From the human T2T-CHM13v2.0 reference genome, Homo sapiens, in the NCBI RefSeq assembly GCF_009914755.1, contig NC_060936.1: a DNA stretch of 64,000 nt; one strand, written 5' to 3'. Both the position numbers and the translations under genes were made by a program. The notes beneath the pieces are model-generated. The model did not search any database and was not told the origin of the DNA. It worked only from the letters and a program-made list of their open reading frames with translations. Positions 1 to 46,876 of this stretch are shown here, in pieces. Position 1 is the first letter of the stretch. Each line of letters begins with the position of its first letter.

Positions 1-599
1 ATTACTCTGGGCATGTAATCCAAAGCAAAGTGAACCTGCAGTCCTTTCGTAACTACAGTAGCAGATGATAAAAACCAAGATGGAAAGAGTTACTCTGCCT
101 GAAAGAAGACACATGGTTAAAAACTGTGGAGAGGGAAGTGTATGGGAGGGGTTACAGAGCGCTAGAAAAAGACTCCTGAGAGTGAGGGTGGGTGCAAACA
201 TGTAGCAGGCAACCCGCAGCATCTGTGGGAGGGTGACAGGGCCCTGCCACAATTGGTCAATGCCTGCTCGCCAAGAATGAGCTATGCCAAAACCCCTGCT
301 TAGAGTCGCAGAGCGGGCCATGACCTAAAATTGTCCAGGGACACATCGGCCTCTAACACTGCAAGATTTCCTCTTTCAAGCAAACCTCAATTCTCGGTCT
401 TATTAAGGGAATGTGACTTCACTGGACGCAGTATAAAGATCTTCAGATGTCCTCCTGCCGGGGATTGCAGGGATCACAGAAAGACCATCGAGGTCCAGGA
501 GCTACCTGCAAGCGGAGATCCCTCTGGACGCCCCGTGCCTCACCCAGCAAAGCCGGCTCACAACCCTGCGCTCTCAAACCTCTAAAAGGGCTTGAGGTG

Positions 600-1150
600 C
601 CAATAGGAAAGGAGGCCCGAGATTGCCACGGCATACGTGGGCCCCAAGGAGGGAGCCAGGAGTCACTGCCTGCTTGGGCTAAGGGTACCGCGTACGGAAA
701 GGCGGCGGGGACGCGGCCCAGTTCCAGGAGATGCGCCCAACGAAGAAGCGGAGGAACAGGGTCACGGGATAGGGCAGACACCCGGCTGCTTTTTGTTTGC
801 TAGACACCAGCGCCAGCCCCTGCCCGGCCCTCCCGGTCTCCTAAGGGTTGGGGGGGTGTCTTAGGCTCCACAGCGCCCCCGACCGCCCTCCTGCACTCCT
901 CACCGTCTCCATTGCAAGAGGCGCCCGGCTTGGTTTCCTCGCTTTAGGAAACTCTCTTGGGGCAGGCCCCGCCCCACATCCGGTGCGGCGACGCCACTTC
1001 CGCCCACGTCATGGCAGTCGCCAGACTGGGGCGGAAGGCAAGGAACCCACCCTTCCGGCGGTGGCGGGCCTCGGTAACCGCCCTCCCCCGGGTCCTCGCG
1101 GACCGCACGGATCCGGCTGACGGCGAGGGTCATGGGACGGAGCCGCTTGT
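600..1150 (-). promoter_or_regulatory. PRKAG1: PRKAG1 CpG-island promoter
   Basis: CpG-dense; GC boxes (ccccgcccc ~967, ggggcgg ~1027), ETS-like CACTTCCG ~995, CRE-like ACGTCA ~1006. Confidence 0.75.
904..912 (-). CDS. PRKAG1: PRKAG1 (AMPK gamma-1) first coding exon, M-E-T; gene continues out of the window to the left
   Basis: Minus strand gcaATGGAGACG|gtgagg in a CpG island; matches the known N-terminus METVISS... and the known gene order PRKAG1-KMT2D-RHEBL1. Confidence 0.85.
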
Positions 1151-3951
1151 ATTTAAAATGTTCTTTTTTTATTTGTCGTTTAAAAACAAACTTGGAAGAA
1201 GCAAAATCCAAAACTTGCCCTTTGCCTCTCGCAACATAAATATGTACAGTTCAGAATGATCGCTGATACAAAACATGCCAAGGACAGGGGCGCTGAGGGT
1301 GGAGGGAGAGAGGGCGCTTTAAAAAAGGGAACCATTTCATCCGTTGTTACGAAGGACCAACCTTGCTGTACAGGATACACACAACACAAAATAAAGTCTT
1401 CACGGGATTCACACTTGTCAGCGATTTATTTTTTAAAAAGGGGGAGGGTCCTGGAGGTGAGGGGAGAAGACTGTAAAGGGGAAAACTGAAAACTGAGTAT
1501 GTGCGAGTGTAAACCAACCCAAAATACAAACACGGGGGCGGGGGGTGGGGTGGGGGATTCTGATGCAATTATACAGGCAGGGTACTTAAAAAAAAAACCA
1601 ACCAAAATTCCAACCTTGTAGCTTGGGTCTGAGTTATAGTTTATATAAAAATTAAAAACTGTATAAGGTTTCTTCACTAAATTCTACAGGACTATCGGAT
1701 ACCTAGCATATGCTTACAAAGTCTGCCCCATCCCCTTTTCCCAATCCCAGGGCCCAAGCCCCAAACACAGCCTGACTCACGGGAGCCAATCTCCCCCTCC
1801 CTGTAGCCTAGACCTTCTGCTCTCGGAAAAGGAACATCCAAGGGCTGTGGCTTTGAGGGCAGCAGCCCAGTCTTCCTACTGTCTGATTTAATTACAGCGG
1901 TTCCTGTGGGAGTGGGGGCTGTTATTCTCTTAAACATTTGCAGCTTGAAACAGTTGAGGAAGCAGCTTTAAAAAAAAAAAATCTCCCTACCCCCAACAAT
2001 CCACAACCCCCCAAATTCAAAACAAAACAAAAACAAACCTAAAATCACAACAGCGACCAAGCTCCCCCTCCAGCAGGCCCGCCCGTCCACCACCACCAAG
2101 CCCACCCCTACACTCCAGACATCTGATTCTTGAAAATATTAATTACAAAATGCCCTTTGCCCACAGCCCCTAGAAGAGAACTGCATATAAGCTTCATCTT
2201 CATCCCCACGGTTCCCTACCAGAGAGGGGTTTGGGGCCTCACCCACCCCTTACCTACTCCCACCCCCAGGAAGAGGTTCAACTGCAGCACAAGCTTGGGC
2301 AGAAAGGGGAAGGAAAGGGAGGCAAGGAACCCATCACCCTCTGGCTCCCCCTGGGGTCAGCTCTCTTTTGTGCGTTATAACATAGTCCAACTATACAACA
2401 GGGGGTGGGAATTGCCCAGCCTCTATACCCCCATCTTACAGCAGTCACAGCCAGGGGGTGGGGAGTGGGGTGGGGGGTGAGGAAAAGGGCGGTAGGTCGG
2501 GTAATGGAGGGGGCCCCCCCACAAGGGGAGCTCCATGTGTCCGCCCCACACCCCCCTACCATTTATAAACTGGTTTTGTAAAAAGAAAATAGATATATTT
2601 ATATAGAATATATAAAGCACAAAAATTAGTAGTTTTACATTTGCTCTCCCCGGGGGGTGGGGGGAGAGGGGAGGGTTCTCACCTCCAGCCGGCTCCCCCA
2701 TGCCCCACAAGACTATGTACAATCCCATGTATAAATAGATAAATACCCCCCACCCTCCCCGCGCTGACACTAAGCTCCCCCACCCCCACATCACCACCCC
2801 TTCCCACCAGACCAGCAGCAGTTTGGTGACTGAGGGAAAGTGGGAGCTCCGGGCCACACCCTGCCTCACTAGGTATGGGCATGCCACTCAGGGATAGCCC
2901 TCACCCTACCCCCCACCCAACCCGTCCAGGGGCTGGAGGGCAAACAGGCTCATGATGAGGTTGGGAAAACAGGAGGGAGATATCCTGGTCCTAGGTTTAG
3001 CTCCCTCCTGCCCCCATGTCCAGATGGAGAAGGAAGTCCTAGAGCAACTAGGGGCCAGTCATCCCCAATCTTCATCATCATTTGCCTCAACCACCATCCC
3101 ATGCCCATAATTAAAAACAAAGATGGATTTTTTGTTGTTGTTTTTCTTCCTCCTCCTACCCCCCTTCCACCCACTCAGAAGAGGGCAGTGAGGTGGGGGA
3201 GAGGGTTGGGGCAGTAGGGGGCTTGGAGAGGGTCTCACATTTCAAAACAGCAAAAAATCCAACACTTAAATGAGGTAGGTGTGGGTGCGGGGTCTCCTTG
3301 CCCGGCTTGCCCAGCTTGCCCTCCTAGGCAGCTGGGCGCCTCTTTCCCGTTCATGTTGCATTTGTCAGAGTGGAAAACAAGGAAACACAACCCATAGAGA
3401 GACAGAAACACAGAGGAAAAGAGGGAAACAGAGACAGATCAAGAGGGAGGGGGATGGGGGTGAGGGTGGGGGCAGGACCCGGCAGGCAGGGCCAGGTGTG
3501 GGACCCGGCCTTTGGGATTGTCAAGCTTAGTCAAGTCTCTTTGCAGCCGTGAGTTGGGCCGGAGAGGTCAGTGGGAGCAGCAGGGCTGTGAGGCCCGGCC
3601 ACACATCCTCTTCCCCCACCCTGCTGCCTCCCAGATGCTTCTGGGTAGTTCCCGGCCCATATCCCCCTCAAACCTGAGATGCCCAATGGCTGCTTCTGTC
3701 TGGCCCCTCCTGGAGCTGGGGGCAGAGATGCCAGCCTGAGGGCCGGTGGTGGGGAAGAGGATTGTCCCTGGTGCCCAGGGTGGGCTTGGCCTAGGGCCCT
3801 CTGCCCCAGCCTCCTGCTCCAGGGGCTCCGGGTCAGCCGGCAGCCCCAACCCTGGGTCCTGGCTCTGGCTGCTACCTCTCTTCCCCCTCATCCCTTTCAG
3901 GGAAGAGGTTGTGGGTAGGGGGACTCCCCTGCCTGGTAGCCTCAAAGCTTC
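1150..3951 (-). other. KMT2D: KMT2D 3'UTR (~2.8 kb)
   Basis: Between TAA (3954-3952) and the poly(A) signal; no recognisable interspersed repeats; G- and U-rich tracts. Confidence 0.8.
1168..1173 (-). terminator. KMT2D: KMT2D distal poly(A) signal AATAAA
   Basis: tttatt on plus strand at the end of the AT-rich 3'UTR; a second AATAAA at 1425-1430. Confidence 0.75.
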
Positions 3952-37497
<33,546 letters not shown>

Positions 37498-40400
37498 CCC
37501 TCTCTCCGACTGGGCAGGGCCCTCTCGGGGAGACCTGTTGGTGCCAAGAAAGAGATCTATATGCCTACTAAGTCTTCCCAAGAAGCATTTTTCCCAGAAT
37601 CCTGGGAAGAAGGCATCCAGACCCTCCAGACATCAGAGCAAAGCCATACTACAAACTCCTATACTGACAAGAAAGTCATTCTCCCTAACCTGTAGGGTCA
37701 CTTCCTCCCCAGATAAACACATACGCTCTTCTCACACTCTGGAGAGATTCTCAGGGGATCCATTTGACTTTCCCACTTCCAGGCTCCTCTGTAAGAGTTC
37801 CTGGGGCCATAGCATCCAACTAGAAGCATATCCATTTGTATCTAATACTGCTCTTTGGCTTGCCTCTGGGTTTTTGGCTTTTGGTGAGCCCTATTCCCAC
37901 ACCTTTCCCTCAAGTCTCAAGTAAGCTCCCATTCTAGAGGCCAGTCTGTGCCAACCCAGGGGTAGTCATGACCCAGGAAGCCTGAGTCCAGCAAAAATCC
38001 CTCTCCCAGAGGCAGAGTCTGAGGCACTGCAAGAGATGTAACACACTACTGGAACTACAGCCTAGCTATGGATGGATCTCCCCCACCGCCACTTGTTTCT
38101 ACGAGGACATCACCATTACAAAAGAAGAAACTCCCTAATTTCCACCCACTTCCAACCCAAATCCAGCTCAGACCAACCCCCGGCCCATGCCCTAACTGAG
38201 CTCAGGGTCTCACCCAGCCTGAAGGTCTCAGGTCATTGCCCTTAGCAACACCAACTGCCCTTCCTCTTCAGATATCCCTAGTAGTTAACAGAAGTGGACC
38301 TTGAGAGTTACTGAGCATGTGTAGCCAGGCCTGAGGCTAAGCATGCTGGGAGTTGTAGTCTCAGGAAGCATAGAGCCACTCAGAGGAGTTCTAAACAGGG
38401 CAGGACATAGCACAGCACAGCGGAGTAGCTTCCTTCCTCTTCCCTCAAGCAGGGTTTCCACACACATACATGGGGGTGGGGAATAACGGTCCCTTGTCCC
38501 TTCTTCTAAGAAATGCGTGCCTGTATCAGAGCCAAATGAAACACACTAAAGTTATACCTAAAAAAGTTGAGACTTACACCTTTGGGCATTATTTTCCTAG
38601 ATCTCAGAGGGAATTAAGCACAGTGGGAAAAAAAAAAGAACAATAATTACAGACACGAAGAATAGGAAAGGGATTCTATAGAAGGAGGGAGAAAGTGGTA
38701 AGTGTTAGCAGCTTGTAGTGGGAAATGTAGACCCTTTCTCTTAATCAGAGAAGGTATACAGTGTTCCTAGAGAAAGTGGTGGTGAGGTGGGGGAAATCCC
38801 TAAAACAGAACTCAAACAATAAAAGTTTGAGAAATTCATCTCTCGCCTTTTCCACTCTTCTTGACTAACCAGAGTGACCACACCACCCTTAGCAAGGACA
38901 GCCCGTCCTCCCAAACTGGAAGGCAAATACCCCAGTCAGCCACTTACGGTTGAATGACTGGGACAGATGAGACAGGGGGAACCCTCAAAGGTGCCCCAAA
39001 TCAGTAAATCAATTCCCTAAGAACTACAATATCACTCTTCCTGCCCTGAACTCACCCTTTATTTCCAGATAGTGGCTATGCCCCTCTGGAGACATGTCAC
39101 AGGAAAGAAACTTCCTTTTTCCCCTAACACTCTCAGAACTCACTGGATAAAGTAAAGCATCACCTGATACACATCATCTCCATTCCCAAGCCATCTTTCC
39201 CAAACCTGCCACACAACCACATTCGAAAGGAAAGCAGGGTGGGTCATCTGGCCGGCTCGTACAAAAGCTGCTCCAGAACTTCAAGGAGTCCTTAGAAGCT
39301 ACCATGGGAAGTGGGAGGTGGAGATGAGGGCAGCAGCCAGGCCCCTCTTCCATTCAGTCATTCAAGGCCTGGCCACACCCGGAAGGTCCAAGGGGCCCTT
39401 AAAGTTTTCTAATTCTTTGCATCTTACTATATCTTACCACTACATACCCCTAAAGATCCTCTACCCGCTCTGGTCTCAAAGTTGAGGCCAAAAGAGTCAC
39501 AAACATCAAGAAGTAAAAGGCAACAATGATAATACAGTGGGTAGGAGGAGGGCTGCCTCACACAAGGCCAGAGGGGCAAATTCCTCAGCCCTCCCCCGAG
39601 CTCAGCCCTCTCAGGCTGGTAAGGCTGGTACTGCTCAAGAAGGTACAGAAACCACCTTCATCTGGCCTTGAGAGAGTACTAACATCCTCCAAAGCCAGAG
39701 CCCATTCATGGGGCCATGGAAGATGAGAGATTAAGAAGCAAAGAGAAGAATGTCATACAACTTGTACCAAAAATAATCTAGGGGGCACCTCCAAAAAGCC
39801 TGAGCCCTCAGTCCCTATTTCCCCATCCCTGCAGTCCAGCACAGGGATCCCAATGCTGATTCCCAGTTAATAGGCCCCTGAACATATCTAAACAAAGACC
39901 CCAGGTTCCCCAGTCCCATCATTCACAGCCAGTAAACTGACACACATACACACCAAGGATTTTTTCCCTGGATCTAAACTGGGGTAGTGTCTCACCAGGC
40001 TTTCTCCACAGAACTAGAGATCCCAGACAGTAGGTACAGATCTAGGGAGTAAAACTGTGCTGGCACCCCCTCAGTCCTATACCTAAGAGGTCCAAAACAG
40101 CAAAGAAAAGGACAGGGATTTATCTCAACCCACTCTCCTTCCTGCCTCCCTCCCAGACCAACAGCTTTCACTCCATTTTCCCAGACAAGGGGGAAATGGA
40201 CGCTTGGAGAAGTGTAAGGCTGAAGCAGGCCCTTGAGTGAACAGCTCTTCAGGAGGACTCAGGACTTCCTGGTTCCCAGCCTGGACTCAAACCACACCTC
40301 TTCCCACCCCCATTTTGGGTCACCCCTCCGAGATGGATCCAAATGGAACACTGGCCCTGCAGACCCTCTGAACTGTGTCCCTGGCTCATCCTGAGAGCAG

Positions 40401-41759
40401 GCACAGCTAACAGGGTGCAGTCCTACATAAGGAAGTTGTTTCGGGACAAACGGGAGGGACTCTCCATAGAATGCCGGAGTGGAGAGCAGGATTGACAGCT
40501 CACCTCACTCCACTACCCCTGTGCCACCTCTCACCTTTCAGAAATCTTTAAAAGGCAAAACCCCTATTTTCTCCTTTCCAAAACCAGACTCAAAGAAATC
40601 TAGTATATGTATGTTGGAGCAGATAAGAGTGAGGGAGCAAAATGCACCAGCCAAATCCCTGCTGGGTAGCATGACAGGTGTGAGAGGGGCAGTCCCAGCC
40701 CAAGCAAGGCCCACAGGATTGAGGCTCAAGCTGCAGGCACATACACACCCTTTCTCCCCAATACCTTCTGCCAGGGGTGGAATCACTGGTTTCCAGGAGA
40801 AAAGAGCTCTGATCAAGCAATTTCTCCTCCAGAGAGACACAGGCCACCCCATTCTGCACAGTTGGTACAGGATCAGAAAACCAGTTAACAATCCCTGGTC
40901 AAAAAAGGGTTGGAGAGGTCTGGGAGGGGCTTGCAGGACTGGCCAGGGACTCATGGGCAGCCAGCTCTCCATACCAGGCCGGGAGAAGGCAAAAGACAAA
41001 AGCCATTTTTTGCAGCCTACATTCGCAGGGAGCAAATCTCAACGGCCTCCTCTATAATCCTCTGGAGATTAGATCCATCCCAAGAGGAGGGGAGGCAAAG
41101 CAGGCTAAGACAGCACTCGGCCTCACTGGGGTCACTTTGCCAGGCAGGGGCAGTTTAAAGTTGAACAGCAGGGCCAGAACTGCCCCAGCCCCGCCTCCTT
41201 CTTGCCCCAGCTACCCCCTTCATCACAACTAGTCAGTTTCCACACACTCTCCCTTTGCCCAGTGAAAGAAGGCCTGGTGAAGGATCTGGGGTTCCTTGAG
41301 TTTTCCAGGGACTGCTTTGGGTGCCCAACTCGGTAGGAACAACCTTAAAGTCCAACTGGCATAAGTCTGACCTGGCAGTGACACCCTCCCCCACCATCCC
41401 AAGTTGCTCTGTCCCAAGGCCCACAAGGAACCCTGAGGGGAGAAGCAGCAGCCTGGGATTGGTGCTGGCATCAGGGCCCGGGTCCTAGTTTAGTCGAGCT
41501 CCCCCAACACAAAAATAAACAGGCAGAGAGGCTATCTGGCCAGGTTCCCAAACTCCCGTGGTTCCCTGAACCCCCAGTCTTTAAAGAGGCACACCCCAAG
41601 ACACCAGGCCTCAGTTCTGCCCTGGTGACTGGCTCAGGTTCCCTTGACAGACCCTGCCAAAGGAACGCTCCCCAGCTCTGGCACCCCCTTCTCCAACCTA
41701 AAGGCCAGCTCCGGCTAAGATAGTCCATCTGGCTGTGCCCCCAGTCCAACCCTTTCTGG

Positions 41760-43200
41760 GCCCTGGCCGGGCGGACTTCACTCACCTCTTCACAGGGCGA
41801 TCCAGAAATCCTCATCCGAGAACATGGCCAGAGCCCGGGCCGCTCCCCGACCTCCAACCGCCAGAGCGATCACAGCCGCCCCCCGCACGGGGGGGCTTAG
41901 GGGGGCCAAGAACGGTAAATCCAGGTCGGAGTGGCCACCCTCCCCCCACAAAAAAACAGCAAGAAGCCAAAGAGGGGTTCTCTGCCTCAGGTTCCAGCAG
42001 TTTAGGTTTCCATGGACAGCCCCAGGGCGGCGAATCCCGAGCGGACACAAAGAGAGCACCGGTGGCTTTGATCTTGGGCGAGCAGGCTCCGCATCCGCGT
42101 CGCCGGGCGGCCTCTCAGTCCTAGGGCCCGGCCAGCGCCCCGGCCGCCCGCGCCGGGCTCGGGCGGAACGTCGAGGCTCTCCAGATGGAACGTCGAGGCG
42201 CCTCCCCAGCAGCCCGGAAGGAATGCCGCGCCGCCCCGCGCCTGGCCCGGATGGAACGTGAGACCCTCGCAGGAGCGCCGAGCCCCTCTCCCCGCCCCGG
42301 CCGGCGCCCGGGGCCGCGCGAGCTACGGCGACGCGGGGCCGGCGGGGCCGCGGGGCTGAACCTGACACACACCCAGCGCCGGGCTTCTCGACCCCGAGCG
42401 CTCACCCTCGGCGGCTTCGAGCCCCCCACCTTCTGCTCCCCCCGGGGAAGGGAGGAGGCTAGGTAGGCGAGGAAAAGGAAGGGGCGGGCGGTGCGAGCCC
42501 TCTGCCCGCTCCCCTCCGGCCGCTCCAGGCCCTGCGCTCGCCTCCCTTCCCCTCTGGCCTCGGGAGCTGCCCCGCCCCCGGCCTGGCCGGCTCTGGTCGG
42601 TGGCACCCCCTCGACCCCCGGCTGACTGTGATCGCAGGCGGCCTAGAGGTGCATGGCCCAACCCCGGCTCCCGGCACCGGGGGGTCAGGAAACTGAGCGG
42701 AAAGTGGGGAACGAGGCAGCCATTTGCAACCGGAGAGGAAAGTAGTGCAGCGCGGCGCCGCTCCGCCTCCCCCCCTCCGCCTCCTGTTCGGCCGGTAGGG
42801 TGGTTCCTGCGAAGGGGCTATTTCCTGGCCCAAGAGCTGGGCAGCGGTCGTGAAGATTCGTGAAGCCTTCGGCGCTAGATCCGGGGGGGCCTTTTGCCCG
42901 GGGCACCCCACTCGAGAGGGGGAGAAAGGAGAAGAGGCGGCCCTATTTTGTGTTGGAGCGGAGCGGCGGAGGGATCCCGCCCTCTCGGAGGAAAGGCTGT
43001 GACTCTGCAGTTCTACGCACACGCTGCGGGATCCTTCCGCTCCGGGTTAACCCCGACCGCGCCGGGCCGGCAGCAGGGCAGACACGTGGGAACGAAGCCC
43101 CCCTCCTCTCCGCCGCGGCCCTGGAGCCGCCTCATTTACCGCCCAGGCCGCGAAACTAGGACTCTGGCCGCTGTCTAATTCCATACCCTTGCAGTCGTTG
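41760..43200. promoter_or_regulatory. KMT2D: KMT2D CpG island / promoter
   Basis: Very high CpG density; GC boxes; ETS-like CGGAAG and YY1-like AAATGGCTGC (minus strand, ~42716-42725). Confidence 0.85.
41786..42970 (-). other. KMT2D: KMT2D non-coding first exon (long GC-rich 5'UTR; 5' end approximate)
   Basis: Strong donor GAAGAG|gtgagt at the edge of the CpG island; upstream limit from recollection of the RefSeq model, not visible in the sequence. Confidence 0.65.
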
Positions 43201-43951
43201 GTCCCTGAAGTTCCAACTGCCCCTTGCTTTGGCCAGGGGCAGTCTTTCCCGGGAGGGGGATGGAAGAAGAGCCAGGAGATTGGCCGCTGCTCAGCATCCT
43301 GGGAACTGGAGTCCGCAAATGGAGAAAGTGAGGTACGGCGCCTGGCGCTGCAGAGGGTGGACTCTTGCCACGTTTGGGGACCCGAAGAAAACTGGACGAG
43401 TCCCTAGTCGTTCCTCCTGACTCCCAGTCCCCCGTGTGAGGAAGGACTGTCGGTGCCCACACAGTCACTATACACACCTCCCCATCGAAACATAAAGGTA
43501 GAGCCTCCCTTTTCAGGGTGCCCCCACTCCCACCTCCAGTCCTTCCAGATATTCAGTACCCGTGTCCCTTTTTTAGTAAACTGAGGTAGCCTCGCTGCTA
43601 CCTGGCCGGAGTACTGTCCTGGACAAGATCGCAAAACATACTCTTTGCAGGCACCACCCCCCCACCATAAGTCTGGATGAGAAAACATTGGAATGCCTCT
43701 TCTGCATCAACGCACACATGGGGTGGACAAAAGGAGACAAATTAACTATGTCCAGATACTTTATATATTCTTAGTTATTCCTCGCCTTCATTATGAGTTA
43801 CATGGAATTATCTCCATATTACAGATGAAGATTAAGGCTACAATAGGTAAAATTGCCCACAGAACTACATCTAGTGAGAAGTTGAGCCATTATTCAAACC
43901 AAAGGCCACGTTTTTCCTAGGATTACAAATAATTATACTACGTTTTTTTAA

Positions 43952-44511
<560 letters not shown>

Positions 44512-44682
44512 GAGACCTTAATCCCTACTGGTAAGAGTAATAGGAGGGATCAGGACTAGGTTTGTCCTCTTCCAGCCACACATTGGCATCATGTTTTCTG
44601 CACTGACCATTCACACATATTTGAGCAAAAAAAACTCCAGCAGTGATCCCACACTTGTTTTAATTACAATAGAATAAGTTAA

Positions 44683-45100
<418 letters not shown>

Positions 45101-46558
45101 CCACCCCACTATTTCTTAAGGACTTATTATGTGTGAAGAACTGTAGTAAGCTTTGCATATATTACCTCGTTTAATTTTCATCTCAACTCTATGAAGCACA
45201 CTTAGCCACTCTTCATAAATGAGAAATGGTGGCTCTGAGAAGTTAAGTGACCGCCCAAGGCCACACAGCTAAGTGGAGGAGCTATTAACCACTATCACTA
45301 CTGTCCCCAGGCCTTGAGATTATTGATAAACTAGAAAACTTTAGATGTTTCTAAGTCTACCCCAGACCTCATGAAAATGGCAGCAGGAAGGTAGGCTCAT
45401 GTAATGAGTATCCCAGGTCAGATGTGCAAAAAGACTTAATTTTAACATAAGGAGAGACAGTGGTGACCTACCAGAAGAACCTCCTAAGCCAGTGAGATTG
45501 TTGTTTGGAGTATGTTTCTTCTAGCAGCCCTTATTTCTTTTTAGATTCTGGATCAGAAAAGCAAAAGCAGCTGTCAGGACTTTTGAAAATCAGCATGACA
45601 AGCCATATCCCCAACTGTAAGCCTGGAGCCAGGCACTGACAAAGTCACAGCTAAAAATCACATCTAGGTTTTGTCAATCCTTCCCAAGTAAGTACATTGA
45701 TAGGGTACCTCGGGCTCCCCCAGTTGTCAGAAGAGGTCTGTACCTTCTCTGTGAAGATCTACCATTCAAATAACCCTTACACATCCTTGGAGGAGGTATT
45801 AGACTAGTTAGGCAATCAGGCTGGTGGGAGGGTGGGGATCAAGAAAAGCAGAGGCAAACAGGACCAAACTTTCCTAGCTGAAATATCAATTCATTGAGGC
45901 GGTAGGCCCATAAAAGCAGAACCAATAGCCTTTGACACCTAAAAAAAAGTAGCACACCACCAAAGGTGTAAAAAGTACAAAAAGATTAAAGGTATGAAAA
46001 CAGCAAAGAACGGCCATTTTAATGGAAGACACTGGGGACATGGAGGGCCAGGGGACTGATATGCACCGGAGGCATTATTTCTTACTTTACTCAACACTCT
46101 TGGGAAGTCAAAGTCTTCACAACACTTTAGTCTCTGCCTCTACACTCCTTCTCAATTCTTACATCATTAGGAATGAGGGGCTTCCTTTCTTCTCCTGAAA
46201 CCCCATCATCTTTGAATCCAAGCAAATGCCGAGGCCCCAGGAAGACAGCTAGGTCAGCATGTTGCAGTTGGCCACTAGAGGGTGGTGTTTCTGTAATTAA
46301 GGGGATCTTGAAAGGCTACAAAACTTGGATGGGAGTGGCAGCCAACTGGACTTAGTATATGAGGAACCCAGCAGAATAGAAAGGTGGGAAAGGCAAGTAG
46401 TAAATCTTAGGATAATGGTCCTTAATAAGTGAGGAATAAGGAATAGGAACAAGGTAGGAGGAAAGATATCCCACCAAAGACCACAGCCATCACTCCTTGG
46501 AAAAAGAGATCTTGGCTCTGAGCTCTCACTAGATACATAGAAGTCAACAATAAAATAA

Positions 46559-46843
46559 GGCCGGGGGCAGTGGCTCACGCCTGTAATCCCAGCACTTTGG
46601 GAGGCTGAGGTGGGTGGATCACTTAAGGTCAGGAGTTCGAGACCATCCTGGCCTAGGTGAAACCTCATCTCTACTAAAAATAAAAAAGTTAGCTAGGCAT
46701 GGTGGCGGGTGCCTGCAGAAGACTGAGGCAGGAGAACTGCTTGAACCTGGGAGGCGGAGGTTGCAGCGAGCCAAGATTGCAGCACTGCACCACTCCAGCC
46801 TGGGCAACAGAGTGAAACTCCGTCTCACACACACACACGAAAA
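46559..46843 (+). mobile_element. Alu with a (CA)n-containing tail
   Basis: TSD agaagtcaacaa. Confidence 0.9.
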
Positions 46844-46870
46844 AGAAGTCAACAACAAAAGATTTCTCAA

Positions 46871-46876
46871 TTTATT
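46871..46876 (-). terminator. RHEBL1: RHEBL1 poly(A) signal AATAAA
   Basis: tttatt ~400 nt after the stop, followed on minus by a U/GU-rich tract. Confidence 0.75.

Noticed and set aside
40479-41057. 192-aa and 165-aa opposing ORFs in KMT2D intron 1
   Set aside because: Non-ATG starts, no recognisable similarity, no clear exon boundaries
41471-43477. Stacked Arg/Pro/Gly-rich ORFs of up to 192 aa on both strands
   Set aside because: Expected in a GC-rich CpG island; mostly GTG/TTG starts and no recognisable domain
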